Positions 16,928 to 23,646 of a stretch of 24,000 bases of DNA are shown here, one piece after another. Below the pieces are notes generated by a model. It was not told the origin of the DNA, ran no database searches, and was given only the letters and a program-made list of their open reading frames with translations. The stretch comes from Gordonia phage Austin: sequence record MW534374.1. One strand, written 5' to 3'. A program made the position numbers and the translations under genes. Numbering within the stretch: position 1 is the first letter of the stretch; every line of letters begins with the position of its first letter.

Positions 16928-17804
16928 CTCGACTAGCCTTCCCCGGCGTCCAGACGCCGTACTTGTTGTCAACGTAGTCGACGAGATCGGGACGGTAGCT
17001 GATGCACTCGCTGCCGAGTCGGTAGTAGCGCGACTTGTCGTCGGTCAGTTCCCGACCACAGCGAACGCACTCGCTGTACCGATCGCCGTATCGGTCCGAG
17101 CATCCGGCCTTGTCCATCATAATCTGCGTCAGCAGATCGGCGATGACTGTTCCATGAATGCGATTGATTCCAAAGTTGTGACCAGACTTGCTGTATGTCT
17201 GGCGAGTCAGCCACTTGTCGGACGACTTCTGTTGAACGAGTCGGCGCTCGGAGCCGCGACTCGTGGGCTTGCGCGTGACGAGGCGCATGAACACCGTCTG
17301 CTTTCCATCGTCCGAGGTGACCGCGTAGCGCCCGTCTGGAACCATGTTGAGCACGTTGTACTCGAGGTACTCAACCCGCTCGACAGTGGGTGCGGGCATG
17401 GGCGATCGCGAGTACCAAGGCTTCTCGGTCGACAGGTCTCGCTGATCGAGCGGAATCTTGGGCATACCCATGAGCGTTCCGATGATCGAACTGGCCTGCT
17501 GTGCGGAAACGAGCTCGCCCTCGATTCGGGCGAACCGCTCGCCACAAAGGTTCTTGATGTATTCCTGCTGCGGAAACGTCATAGACTTTCCGCCCTTCAT
17601 CTTGTCGGCACCGATTGCGATTGCTCGCTGCGCGACTAGGCCCAGTCCAGACGGGCCAGAGGTTGCGCCGACCAAGTCGTTACGCAGTTCGGTGAGCTTG
17701 TCGAGCTGAAGGTCAACCGCGATGATCATGCCCTTCTTGAACTTGTTCAGCTCGTCGGCGATCTCGTCGATCTGTGCCTCGATCTCACGAGGTGTGAGTG
17801 CCAT
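16914..17804 (-). CDS. hypothetical protein with zinc-finger-like C-terminal part
   Basis: CVRCGRELTDDKSRYYRLGSECI; N-terminal helical segment. Confidence 0.7.
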   Translation of the reverse strand: MALTPREIEAQIDEIADELNKFKKGMIIAVDLQLDKLTELRNDLVGATSGPSGLGLVAQRAIAIGADKMKGGKSMTFPQQEYIKNLCGERFARIEGELVSAQQASSIIGTLMGMPKIPLDQRDLSTEKPWYSRSPMPAPTVERVEYLEYNVLNMVPDGRYAVTSDDGKQTVFMRLVTRKPTSRGSERRLVQQKSSDKWLTRQTYSKSGHNFGINRIHGTVIADLLTQIMMDKAGCSDRYGDRYSECVRCGRELTDDKSRYYRLGSECISYRPDLVDYVDNKYGVWTPGKASRDGSM

Positions 17805-18021
17805 CATTCACCTCCAGTACCTCCGCCCAGCCGACGCGCTTGTCGTCTCGGTCGAGCATCTCATACTCGATGACGGAGTCCATCTCGAGTGTGCGCTTCA
17901 GTCGTGTTCCCGGGCGGAGGTTCCGCTCGAGCTCCGAACGAGTGGCGATGAAGTTCTTGGGCTGGCTGGTCTCGAACACCGAATTGTCCTCGTGGTGGAG
18001 CTTGCCGGTGTAGTTCGTCAC
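17785..18021 (-). CDS. hypothetical protein
   Basis: GTG start VTNYTGKLHHEDNSVFET at 18021. Confidence 0.55.
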   Translation of the reverse strand: MTNYTGKLHHEDNSVFETSQPKNFIATRSELERNLRPGTRLKRTLEMDSVIEYEMLDRDDKRVGWAEVLEVNDGTHTS

Positions 18022-18392
18022 TTGCGCCGTCCGGTGATCAGTGCGTCGATGATCCAGACCGGAAGCCAGAGCCCGGCGGTCAGTACCGTCAACACAAAGT
18101 GCAACAGGTGTGGGCATTTACGATGTGACTCGTTGCTCGACAGGTTCACGACCTGCTGCACCGATGACGCCGGACCGGGCACGTAGGCGGGTTGCGGCGC
18201 AGGCTGCGGCTCCGTTGAAGCGTGGCGGAAGCACGGCACCGCGTACACGTCGGATAGCGAATACCCGGCCCGTGCGATGGCCGCGACGGCGGACTCGGCA
18301 GTGATGCGCTTGAGCACCTGGTGATGTCCGTCTCGGATTTCGTACTCACGCTGGACCTGGACGGGTCCGGTGATCTCGTTGTGATTGCTCAT
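18018..18392 (-). CDS. C-terminally membrane-anchored hypothetical protein
   Basis: Start MSNHNEITG at 18392, SD GAAAGGGGA; C-terminal HLLHFVLTVLTAGLWLPVWIIDAL. Confidence 0.65.
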   Translation of the reverse strand: MSNHNEITGPVQVQREYEIRDGHHQVLKRITAESAVAAIARAGYSLSDVYAVPCFRHASTEPQPAPQPAYVPGPASSVQQVVNLSSNESHRKCPHLLHFVLTVLTAGLWLPVWIIDALITGRRK

Positions 18393-18421
18393 GATTGATC
18401 CCCTTTCGGTGGTGGGTTGAT

Positions 18422-18506
18422 AGTGGGAAGGGTGGACTCGAACCACCACAGCGCATAGTTGGTGCGCTGTTCCAGTTCCGCTCCGCTACGCGTGGCGAAC
18501 TTTCCC
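18422..18506 (-). other. tRNA-like element (T-arm plus strong hairpin; not a canonical cloverleaf)
   Basis: Minus strand CAGCGCA-CCAACTA-TGCGCTG followed by T-arm GGTGG-TTCGAGT-CCACC and CTTCCC, partially complementary to upstream GGGAAAG. The 7-nt loop lacks U33. Confidence 0.35.
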
Positions 18507-18516
18507 TAGCCTAGCT

Positions 18517-18651
18517 TTAGGCCGACTCGGCCTCGTTACGAGCATCGAGGCACACGTCACACAGGTGCATGTCGAGCTCCTCGACGTAGTCGAACATCCA
18601 GTGTACGAACTCGCCGCATTCACCACACCGGGTGAGGTCACGCGGTGCCAT
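18517..18651 (-). CDS. small zinc-ribbon protein, 44 aa
   Basis: MAPRDLTRCGECGEFVHWMFDYVEELDMHLCDVCLDARNEAESA; CxxC...CxxC. Confidence 0.65.
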   Translation of the reverse strand: MAPRDLTRCGECGEFVHWMFDYVEELDMHLCDVCLDARNEAESA

Positions 18652-18652
18652 G

Positions 18653-18910
18653 CTAGCGCGCCAGTCCACAGGGGCCGTGACCGGGCAGCCCGTCCAGGAT
18701 GGCGATCAGGTCACGCGCGAGCCTGGCGAGCTGGCCCACCGGGTAGCTGTCCCCGTCCGACTCGGCGGCCTTCTTGAGCGCGTGCGTCAGCGGCAGTGTC
18801 CTGCCCATGATCGCGTACCCGGTCGCCTTCTTGAGCTCCTCGCCGGGTTCGACGCCGAACTCCTCGAGGTCGAGTTCCACTTCGCGGACGAGCTCGGAGT
18901 AGTTCTTCAT
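18653..18910 (-). CDS. hypothetical protein, 85 aa
   Basis: GAAAGGGGAAGAATCAC-ATG leader. Confidence 0.65.
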   Translation of the reverse strand: MKNYSELVREVELDLEEFGVEPGEELKKATGYAIMGRTLPLTHALKKAAESDGDSYPVGQLARLARDLIAILDGLPGHGPCGLAR

Positions 18911-18941
18911 GTGATTCTTCCCCTTTCGGTGGGTGTCAACT

Positions 18942-19028
18942 TCAATAGATCAGGAGGCCGGTGGGAAATGCCAACGGTTACCAGCGAAAGCATTTCGATC
19001 AGTGCCCACCGGCCACCTGGTCTATTGA
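18942..19028. repeat. large imperfect inverted repeat, 24-bp arms
   Basis: Arms 18942-18965 and 19005-19028 match at 22/24 positions; inner AAATGC/GCATTT stem (18966-18971 / 18990-18995). Confidence 0.85.
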
Positions 19029-19040
19029 GTTCGGTTTAGC

Positions 19041-19105
19041 GCGAGTCGTCGGGCTGGTGCAACGATGGGGTGGAGTTCCCTTTTGTCACCAGCCCGACGA
19101 CTCGC
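19041..19105. repeat. perfect 19-bp inverted repeat
   Basis: GCGAGTCGTCGGGCTGGTG (19041-19059) / CACCAGCCCGACGACTCGC (19087-19105), 27-nt loop. Confidence 0.9.
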
Positions 19106-19243
19106 TATGCAGCGTCTGCCCTCCGGGATCGTACGGTGTCCCGGTGGGTGACAACTGGTTCTCGGTGCACGTCGCCGATAACGTTGGTACGCCTCGAACG
19201 CTGACCCTTCCGACGGTGGCCAGCCGGTCCTATCGTACCTGAC

Positions 19244-19282
19244 GCGCGCCTCCCCCAACCCCGAGAAATAGGGGAGGCGCGC
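19244..19282. repeat. perfect 12-bp GC-rich inverted repeat
   Basis: GCGCGCCTCCCC (19244-19255) / GGGGAGGCGCGC (19271-19282), 15-nt loop. Confidence 0.85.
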
Positions 19283-19329
19283 CGCTCTGAGCCTAACAGC
19301 TATTTAACGTCGCTCAGACGACGGGCCGA

Positions 19330-20268
19330 TCAGGCCTTGGCTGCACCCTTGACCTGCTCGTCCGAGTAGCCCGGGACGATGCCCTCGATGGTGCAGTTGG
19401 CCGCGTCACCCTTGGGGAACAGACGGGCCGAGATCGCGCCCGAGCTCGGGTGATCGTCGCCGTACTCTTCCGAGGTGTGGTTGACGATCTGCGACACGGT
19501 CAGGAACTCGCCGGGCGCGAGACCCTCGAACGCGCTCGAGATGTGCGCTGCGACGTCACGCCGGGTGCCGGTGTAGCTCGAGCGAGTGCCGGTGGCTGCA
19601 CGGGTGCCGCGCTTGCCGAGACCCTTGCCGTTGAACAGCTTCACGGCTGCGGTCGCCAGACCGTCGAGTTCCGGGGCCTCGCCCTTGTCCTCGTCGTCCG
19701 ACTCCTGCCAGTCGAGGTACGCCTGCGCCTGGTCGAACGCGCTGGTGGTCGAGGGGACCTCGAAGCCTTCCACCTCTTCGGTGGCACGCTCCTCGAGGAG
19801 CTCCTTGGCCAGTTCCAGGGCTGCGACACGCTCGCCGTACGCGATCTTCGGGTCGACCTTCGGCGCTGCGGGCTTCGGCTCGGCCTTGGTTACGATCAGC
19901 TTGTCGCTGATCTCGTTGAACGCGACAGCCTTCTGGTACTCGCGACCGTCGAGGGCAGCCTTCATGCCGTCCTGAACGTAGTTCTTGGCGAGGTTCTTGT
20001 ACTTGATCCCGCCGTTCACGGCCCGGTACGCCTGGCTGATCGCGTCGAGGTCAGCCTCGCTCACGGTGCCGGTGCTGGGGTCCGAGGCCTCCACGGCCCC
20101 GTCCACGACCTGCTTGAACGACTCGACTGCGGGCATGTGCTCCGCATCCTTGGCGGCCTGCTCGTCGGACTTGTCGGCCACGGGCTCGGCGGGGGCCTGC
20201 GCCTCTTCGGTGACGAAGTTCTCGTCGGTCACGTCGTCGGTCTGGTCGAAGATGTCGGTACGGCTCAT
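19330..20268 (-). CDS. hypothetical protein, acidic N-terminus and possible winged-helix C-terminus
   Basis: 312 aa; C-terminal GEFLTVSQIVNHTSEEYGDDHPSSGAISARLFPKGD; strong operator-linked promoter upstream; AGGAGG SD. Confidence 0.75.
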   Translation of the reverse strand: MSRTDIFDQTDDVTDENFVTEEAQAPAEPVADKSDEQAAKDAEHMPAVESFKQVVDGAVEASDPSTGTVSEADLDAISQAYRAVNGGIKYKNLAKNYVQDGMKAALDGREYQKAVAFNEISDKLIVTKAEPKPAAPKVDPKIAYGERVAALELAKELLEERATEEVEGFEVPSTTSAFDQAQAYLDWQESDDEDKGEAPELDGLATAAVKLFNGKGLGKRGTRAATGTRSSYTGTRRDVAAHISSAFEGLAPGEFLTVSQIVNHTSEEYGDDHPSSGAISARLFPKGDAANCTIEGIVPGYSDEQVKGAAKA

Positions 20269-20336
20269 GATGTCTACCTCCTGTGTAGGGTGACCGATCG
20301 GAACTTTTGTACCGATCGGGTAATGCGTTTTGGTGC

Positions 20337-20384
20337 TGCATTCGTTCGTGAACTAACTATAACTCGGTCCACGAACGAATGCAA
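20337..20384 (-). promoter_or_regulatory. promoter TTGCAT-N17-TATAGT with 14-bp inverted operator
   Basis: Arms TGCATTCGTTCGTG (20337-20350) / CACGAACGAATGCA (20370-20383); -10 at 20361-20356, -35 at 20384-20379. Confidence 0.65.
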
Positions 20385-20391
20385 CCCGGTA

Positions 20392-20673
20392 CTAGCTCGT
20401 TGTGATGTAGATCACAACATCGTTTTCCTGCCACCATTCGGAGCCGAGTTTCAACTCCGAACCTAGCACCGTCCACAAAAACCTCGTAGAACGGTGGGTG
20501 TTCGACAATCGGACGATTGCCCGACCCCAGTGAAGTGCTTCTGTTAGGTTAGGCTTTTTGATCGTATCGATCAGCCTACCGTTCTTCCACACCTTGATTG
20601 TGTAGGGCACCTCGCGGTCCCACGTCGCCACTAGGTGACTAGGCACCTGCGGACACGGCTGGAGTTCCGTCAC
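20392..20673 (-). CDS. hypothetical protein, 93 aa
   Basis: MTELQPCPQVPSHLVATWDREVPYTIKVW...; stop/start-linked to the neighbour. Confidence 0.6.
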   Translation of the reverse strand: MTELQPCPQVPSHLVATWDREVPYTIKVWKNGRLIDTIKKPNLTEALHWGRAIVRLSNTHRSTRFLWTVLGSELKLGSEWWQENDVVIYITTS

Positions 20674-20768
20674 GGCTTGCGCCTTTCGCGCCAGTCATTC
20701 ACGTAGACTCCCACGATGTAGAGAACCACGTAGCCGACCAGGGCGAGGAACAGGTGAAGTCCGTTCAC
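20670..20768 (-). CDS. single-TM micropeptide, 32 aa
   Basis: GTG start overlapping the upstream stop (GTGA): MNGLHLFLALVGYVVLYIVGVYVNDWRERRKP. Confidence 0.5.
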   Translation of the reverse strand: MNGLHLFLALVGYVVLYIVGVYVNDWRERRKP

Positions 20769-21034
20769 AGTCCCACACTCCAGAACCAGCACGTTCCGTT
20801 CGTGCGAGTCGCGTCGGCGTACCACGCGGTGCCGTCCGAGTATGCGATCAGTTCCGCGCCGAACGGCGACACGTAGGGCGACTCGTCCTCGTGCATGAAA
20901 CGAGTCCCGTCGTTGTCGATCTGCGCACCCACGCACGGAAGTGCGACGGTGTGCGACGATGCCTGGGCAGGTGCCGCCACGGGCGCAACCACGAGGGCTG
21001 CACACGCGGCGACCACGCTAGCGAGTTTCTTCAC
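20765..21034 (-). CDS. secreted protein with signal peptide
   Basis: MKKLASVVAACAALVVAPVAAPAQASS Sec-type signal; mature part has two Cys. Confidence 0.65.
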   Translation of the reverse strand: MKKLASVVAACAALVVAPVAAPAQASSHTVALPCVGAQIDNDGTRFMHEDESPYVSPFGAELIAYSDGTAWYADATRTNGTCWFWSVGL

Positions 21035-21189
21035 TTGCGCACCTCGCTGGCGAACACGAATCCCACGATCGGGGCGAGGCTGGTGGACATCATGCGATCA
21101 ACCTCGCGACGCTCGGAGGCGGACAGACGGCGACCACGCTTGATCTGGTTGTTCACGCGGGTGCTGTTGCGCTTGATTGTCTTGGACAT
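21031..21189 (-). CDS. small basic protein, 52 aa
   Basis: MSKTIKRNSTRVNNQIKRGRRLSASERREVDRMMSTSLAPIVGFVFASEVRK; GTGA overlap with the next gene. Confidence 0.55.
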   Translation of the reverse strand: MSKTIKRNSTRVNNQIKRGRRLSASERREVDRMMSTSLAPIVGFVFASEVRK

Positions 21190-21285
21190 TGGAACTCCCT
21201 TGTTAAAGGTGATTTGAGTCGGGCGACTCCACCAACCTACCCACGCTCGCGGTGGGGTTGTGGATAGGCTGGTAATACGTCCGAT

Positions 21286-21450
21286 TCAGTCGTTAGTGAC
21301 CTGGAACACGATCCGATCCGGTGCGCCACAGTGGGCACACTTGCCGGGGAACCACGTCACGCCTTCGATGCCCATGTCGGGCACGTAGCCGTAGCGCGCG
21401 GTGAAGTCGTTGTCGCACAACGGCACGTCCTTTTCGAGTGTCACGCTCAT
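21286..21450 (-). CDS. small CxxC protein, 54 aa
   Basis: MSVTLEKDVPLCDNDFTARYGYVPDMGIEGVTWFPGKCAHCGAPDRIVFQVTND. Confidence 0.6.
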   Translation of the reverse strand: MSVTLEKDVPLCDNDFTARYGYVPDMGIEGVTWFPGKCAHCGAPDRIVFQVTND

Positions 21451-21749
21451 GCCCACGCCTCCATTCCCATCGTGAGAACAATGAGGGACATGAGACGGTT
21501 CACACGCTCCTCCTGGTTGGTGTCGGTGAACTCGGTGAATCCGAGTTCCTGGAGGTAGTCCGACGCGATGTCGGTCACGTCACGCTCGATGACCTCCGAC
21601 ACAACCTGATCGGCCTCGACGGACGAGGTCTGGTAGGTTGCCTCGAGACTGCCTACCACGTCCGCGTAGACGCGGTAAATCTCGTGATCGATCTCGGTGT
21701 TTTTGGTCTGCGACATGCGATCTGTCGCCACGCGCACATTTGTGCTCAT
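21447..21749 (-). CDS. hypothetical protein, 100 aa
   Basis: Leader CAACCCTATAACTAGGAGTAATC-ATG. Confidence 0.65.
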   Translation of the reverse strand: MSTNVRVATDRMSQTKNTEIDHEIYRVYADVVGSLEATYQTSSVEADQVVSEVIERDVTDIASDYLQELGFTEFTDTNQEERVNRLMSLIVLTMGMEAWA

Positions 21750-21790
21750 GATTACTCCTAGTTATAGGGTTGGTTGGAACTTGTTTGCTC

Positions 21791-21829
21791 CACTAACTAC
21801 ATGGTACCACGCCCATGTAGTTAGTGCAA
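21791..21829 (-). promoter_or_regulatory. promoter TTGCAC-N17-TACCAT overlapped by 13-bp inverted operator
   Basis: CACTAACTACATG (21791-21803) / CATGTAGTTAGTG (21814-21826); -10 at 21806-21801, -35 at 21829-21824. Confidence 0.6.
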
Positions 21830-21860
21830 CACTAGACTTTCGTCTAGGTGCACGCGCTTG

Positions 21861-22157
21861 TTAGCACATGTGTTCGGCTGCCCACGCGGCGCAATCGAGG
21901 GCGTTTAGGGGCCGGTCGAACTGGTGTCGTGCGCCATCGCTGCCCATGCCCAGACTGTTTGCGTAGCCACGTCCGTTGTGTTCCCAAAAGCGTACGATCG
22001 CGCCGGTAGCGGAATAGTTGTACCACATGATCCCATTGGGGCTGATGTACATTTCGGACATAAGCTCGTCGCGCATGTCGTCACGCATGTCGGGGTCCAC
22101 GCCGCCCAGTAGGGTGGCTTCCACGATGTCTTTTGCGAGTTGTGCGTAGTCGGTCAT
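21861..22157 (-). CDS. hypothetical protein, 98 aa
   Basis: MTDYAQLAKDIVEATLL...; GAAAGGTG SD-like leader. Confidence 0.65.
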   Translation of the reverse strand: MTDYAQLAKDIVEATLLGGVDPDMRDDMRDELMSEMYISPNGIMWYNYSATGAIVRFWEHNGRGYANSLGMGSDGARHQFDRPLNALDCAAWAAEHMC

Positions 22158-22179
22158 GACTCTACACCTTTCGGTTGTG

Positions 22180-22220
22180 TTGTTGTAATACGTGCCCTAC
22201 GTAGGACTCGAACCTACGCC
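22180..22220 (-). repeat. 41-bp repeat copy A with tRNA T-arm signature
   Basis: TTGTTGTAATaCGTGCCCTACGTAGGACTCGAACCTACGCC; minus strand GTAGG-TTCGAGT-CCTAC. 40/41 identical to 22525-22565. Confidence 0.85.
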
Positions 22221-22268
22221 CACGGTGAACATGGGGTGCCGTCCAGGGCTATCTAGCTGGGGTCTGTT

Positions 22269-22502
22269 TTAGACCGTTCGGACTTTGATCGCGCCGTTGA
22301 ATCCGCCGTCTAGCGTGAACACGCGGTAGGTCTCGTTACCCACGGTACGGTTGTACCCCGGATTGAGTTCCATGTAGGTGTTCTTTGCGTAGTCTACCAC
22401 GGCGGCATACGCCTCACGGTAGGTCTCCACGGTTCGGATCACGTTGTCTTGCATGCCACGGATGAGATCATCCGCATTGGGGCGCACGATGACTTCGTAC
22501 AT
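22269..22502 (-). CDS. hypothetical protein, 77 aa
   Basis: Leader CAACCCTATAACCAGGAGTACCATC-ATG. Confidence 0.65.
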   Translation of the reverse strand: MYEVIVRPNADDLIRGMQDNVIRTVETYREAYAAVVDYAKNTYMELNPGYNRTVGNETYRVFTLDGGFNGAIKVRTV

Positions 22503-22524
22503 GATGGTACTCCTGGTTATAGGG

Positions 22525-22565
22525 TTGTTGTAATGCGTGCCCTACGTAGGACTCGAACCTACGCC
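22525..22565 (-). repeat. 41-bp repeat copy B with tRNA T-arm signature
   Basis: TTGTTGTAATgCGTGCCCTACGTAGGACTCGAACCTACGCC. Confidence 0.85.
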
Positions 22566-22612
22566 TAGACCATCTAGGGCTGGTGATGCTAGTTGGCGGT
22601 GGCTAGTTAGTA

Positions 22613-23092
22613 CTAGCTAGTGGCTAGTTGTACCACGGCGGCACGGTAGCGTGCGGGTACTTCGGTCTGAATGAAACGGACCGGGTTGATCTGGTTCCGC
22701 GCGCGGTCGCACCACGTGCGTACGTCGGCGTCGAACTTTTCGGTACGCGCCGCGTCGGACATGTGGGTACGGCGGACGGTTTTGGTGGACGACTTTCGCG
22801 GGGTGGGTTCGGTGCCGAACCATGCGATCTCGGATGCCACGCGGTCTAGTGGGCGTGTGCGCCACCCCAACTTTTCGGGGCGTGTGATGTCGTAGCGCGG
22901 GTTGGGCTCGGCCAATGCCGGGCGTGCCGCGTAGGACTTTGTGCCGGGGTCCACGTCGGCGTTCATGACGTGGGGTAGGTCTCCCAACGATGCGCTATCG
23001 GGCGTGCGCCCGGTGACACCGGTGGACTCGCGTGGGGTCACACGGACATCTCGCATGATGCCGTACCCGTGACCAACCATGTTGTGTTTCAT
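22613..23092 (-). CDS. hypothetical protein, 159 aa
   Basis: Open frame MKHNMVGHGYGIMRDVRVTPRES...; first long ORF downstream of the tandem promoter-like repeats. Confidence 0.55.
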   Translation of the reverse strand: MKHNMVGHGYGIMRDVRVTPRESTGVTGRTPDSASLGDLPHVMNADVDPGTKSYAARPALAEPNPRYDITRPEKLGWRTRPLDRVASEIAWFGTEPTPRKSSTKTVRRTHMSDAARTEKFDADVRTWCDRARNQINPVRFIQTEVPARYRAAVVQLATS

Positions 23093-23143
23093 GGGGTCTA
23101 TCCCGTCTACCCGTTAGGGTGTTCGTTGTGTTTCGTTCTAGTA

Positions 23144-23303
23144 CTAGTCTATCACGTTCGGATTAGTGTTGCAACCCGTTGGTGTTTAGTTCTATGTACT
23201 AGTACTAGTCTACCATGTCCGACCGTTGTTGTCTAGTCGGTATGCGTTAGGCTAGTAGTACTACCTAGAACTAGTCTACCACGTTCGGTTAGTGTTGTCT
23301 AGT
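23144..23303 (-). promoter_or_regulatory. three tandem promoter-like repeats
   Basis: Minus strand TTGCAA-N17-TAGACT (23174-23146), TAGACA-N17-TAGACT (23235-23207), TAGACA-N17-TAGACT (23301-23273). Confidence 0.55.
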
Positions 23304-23402
23304 ACCACGTTGTATTAGTTCGCTATGCCGTTCGTTCGGTGCGATACCTAATCGGTGGTACTAGAACAACACTACCATAGTGGTACTAGTTGTGTCTAGT
23401 TG

Positions 23403-23436
23403 CCCGTAGTCGTGGCGGTCCATGTCGGACTACGGG
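23403..23436. repeat. 9-bp perfect inverted repeat
   Basis: CCCGTAGTC (23403-23411) / GACTACGGG (23428-23436). Confidence 0.6.
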
Positions 23437-23487
23437 TATGTAGGACTAACGACGCTAGTCCGTTGTGGTACTACCCCGGCGTGCGGG

Positions 23488-23646
23488 TTAGTGGTCGGCG
23501 TCTAGTGCCGACCATGCGGCGTCGGCGTAGACGCGCGCATAGGTGGCATTGACGATCATCGGGCACGCGGTCCGCGCGTTCGATCCCGTGACGTGCGCGC
23601 GACGCGCGGCGTCGGCGACGGCGGCGAAAACTTCGTTTTTGTTCAT
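23488..23646 (-). CDS. small hypothetical protein, 52 aa
   Basis: MNKNEVFAAVADAARRAHVTGSNARTACPMIVNATYARVYADAAWSALDADH; related promoter motif positioned for a leaderless start. Confidence 0.5.
   Translation of the reverse strand: MNKNEVFAAVADAARRAHVTGSNARTACPMIVNATYARVYADAAWSALDADH

Noticed and set aside
16392-17639. 415-aa plus-strand ORF
   Set aside because: Antisense to two coherent minus-strand genes; composition and lack of motifs fit a mirror ORF.
18935-18940. TTGACA on the minus strand before the 18910 gene
   Set aside because: A 17-bp-spaced -10 would fall at GAATCA over the start codon; no plausible promoter.
18961-19242. 93-aa plus-strand ORF in the inverted-repeat block
   Set aside because: Coincides with the structured non-coding block; no SD and opposite to the local gene direction.
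19450-20466. 338-aa plus-strand ORF
   Set aside because: Antisense to the 312-aa gene and spans its promoter/operator; typical GC mirror frame.
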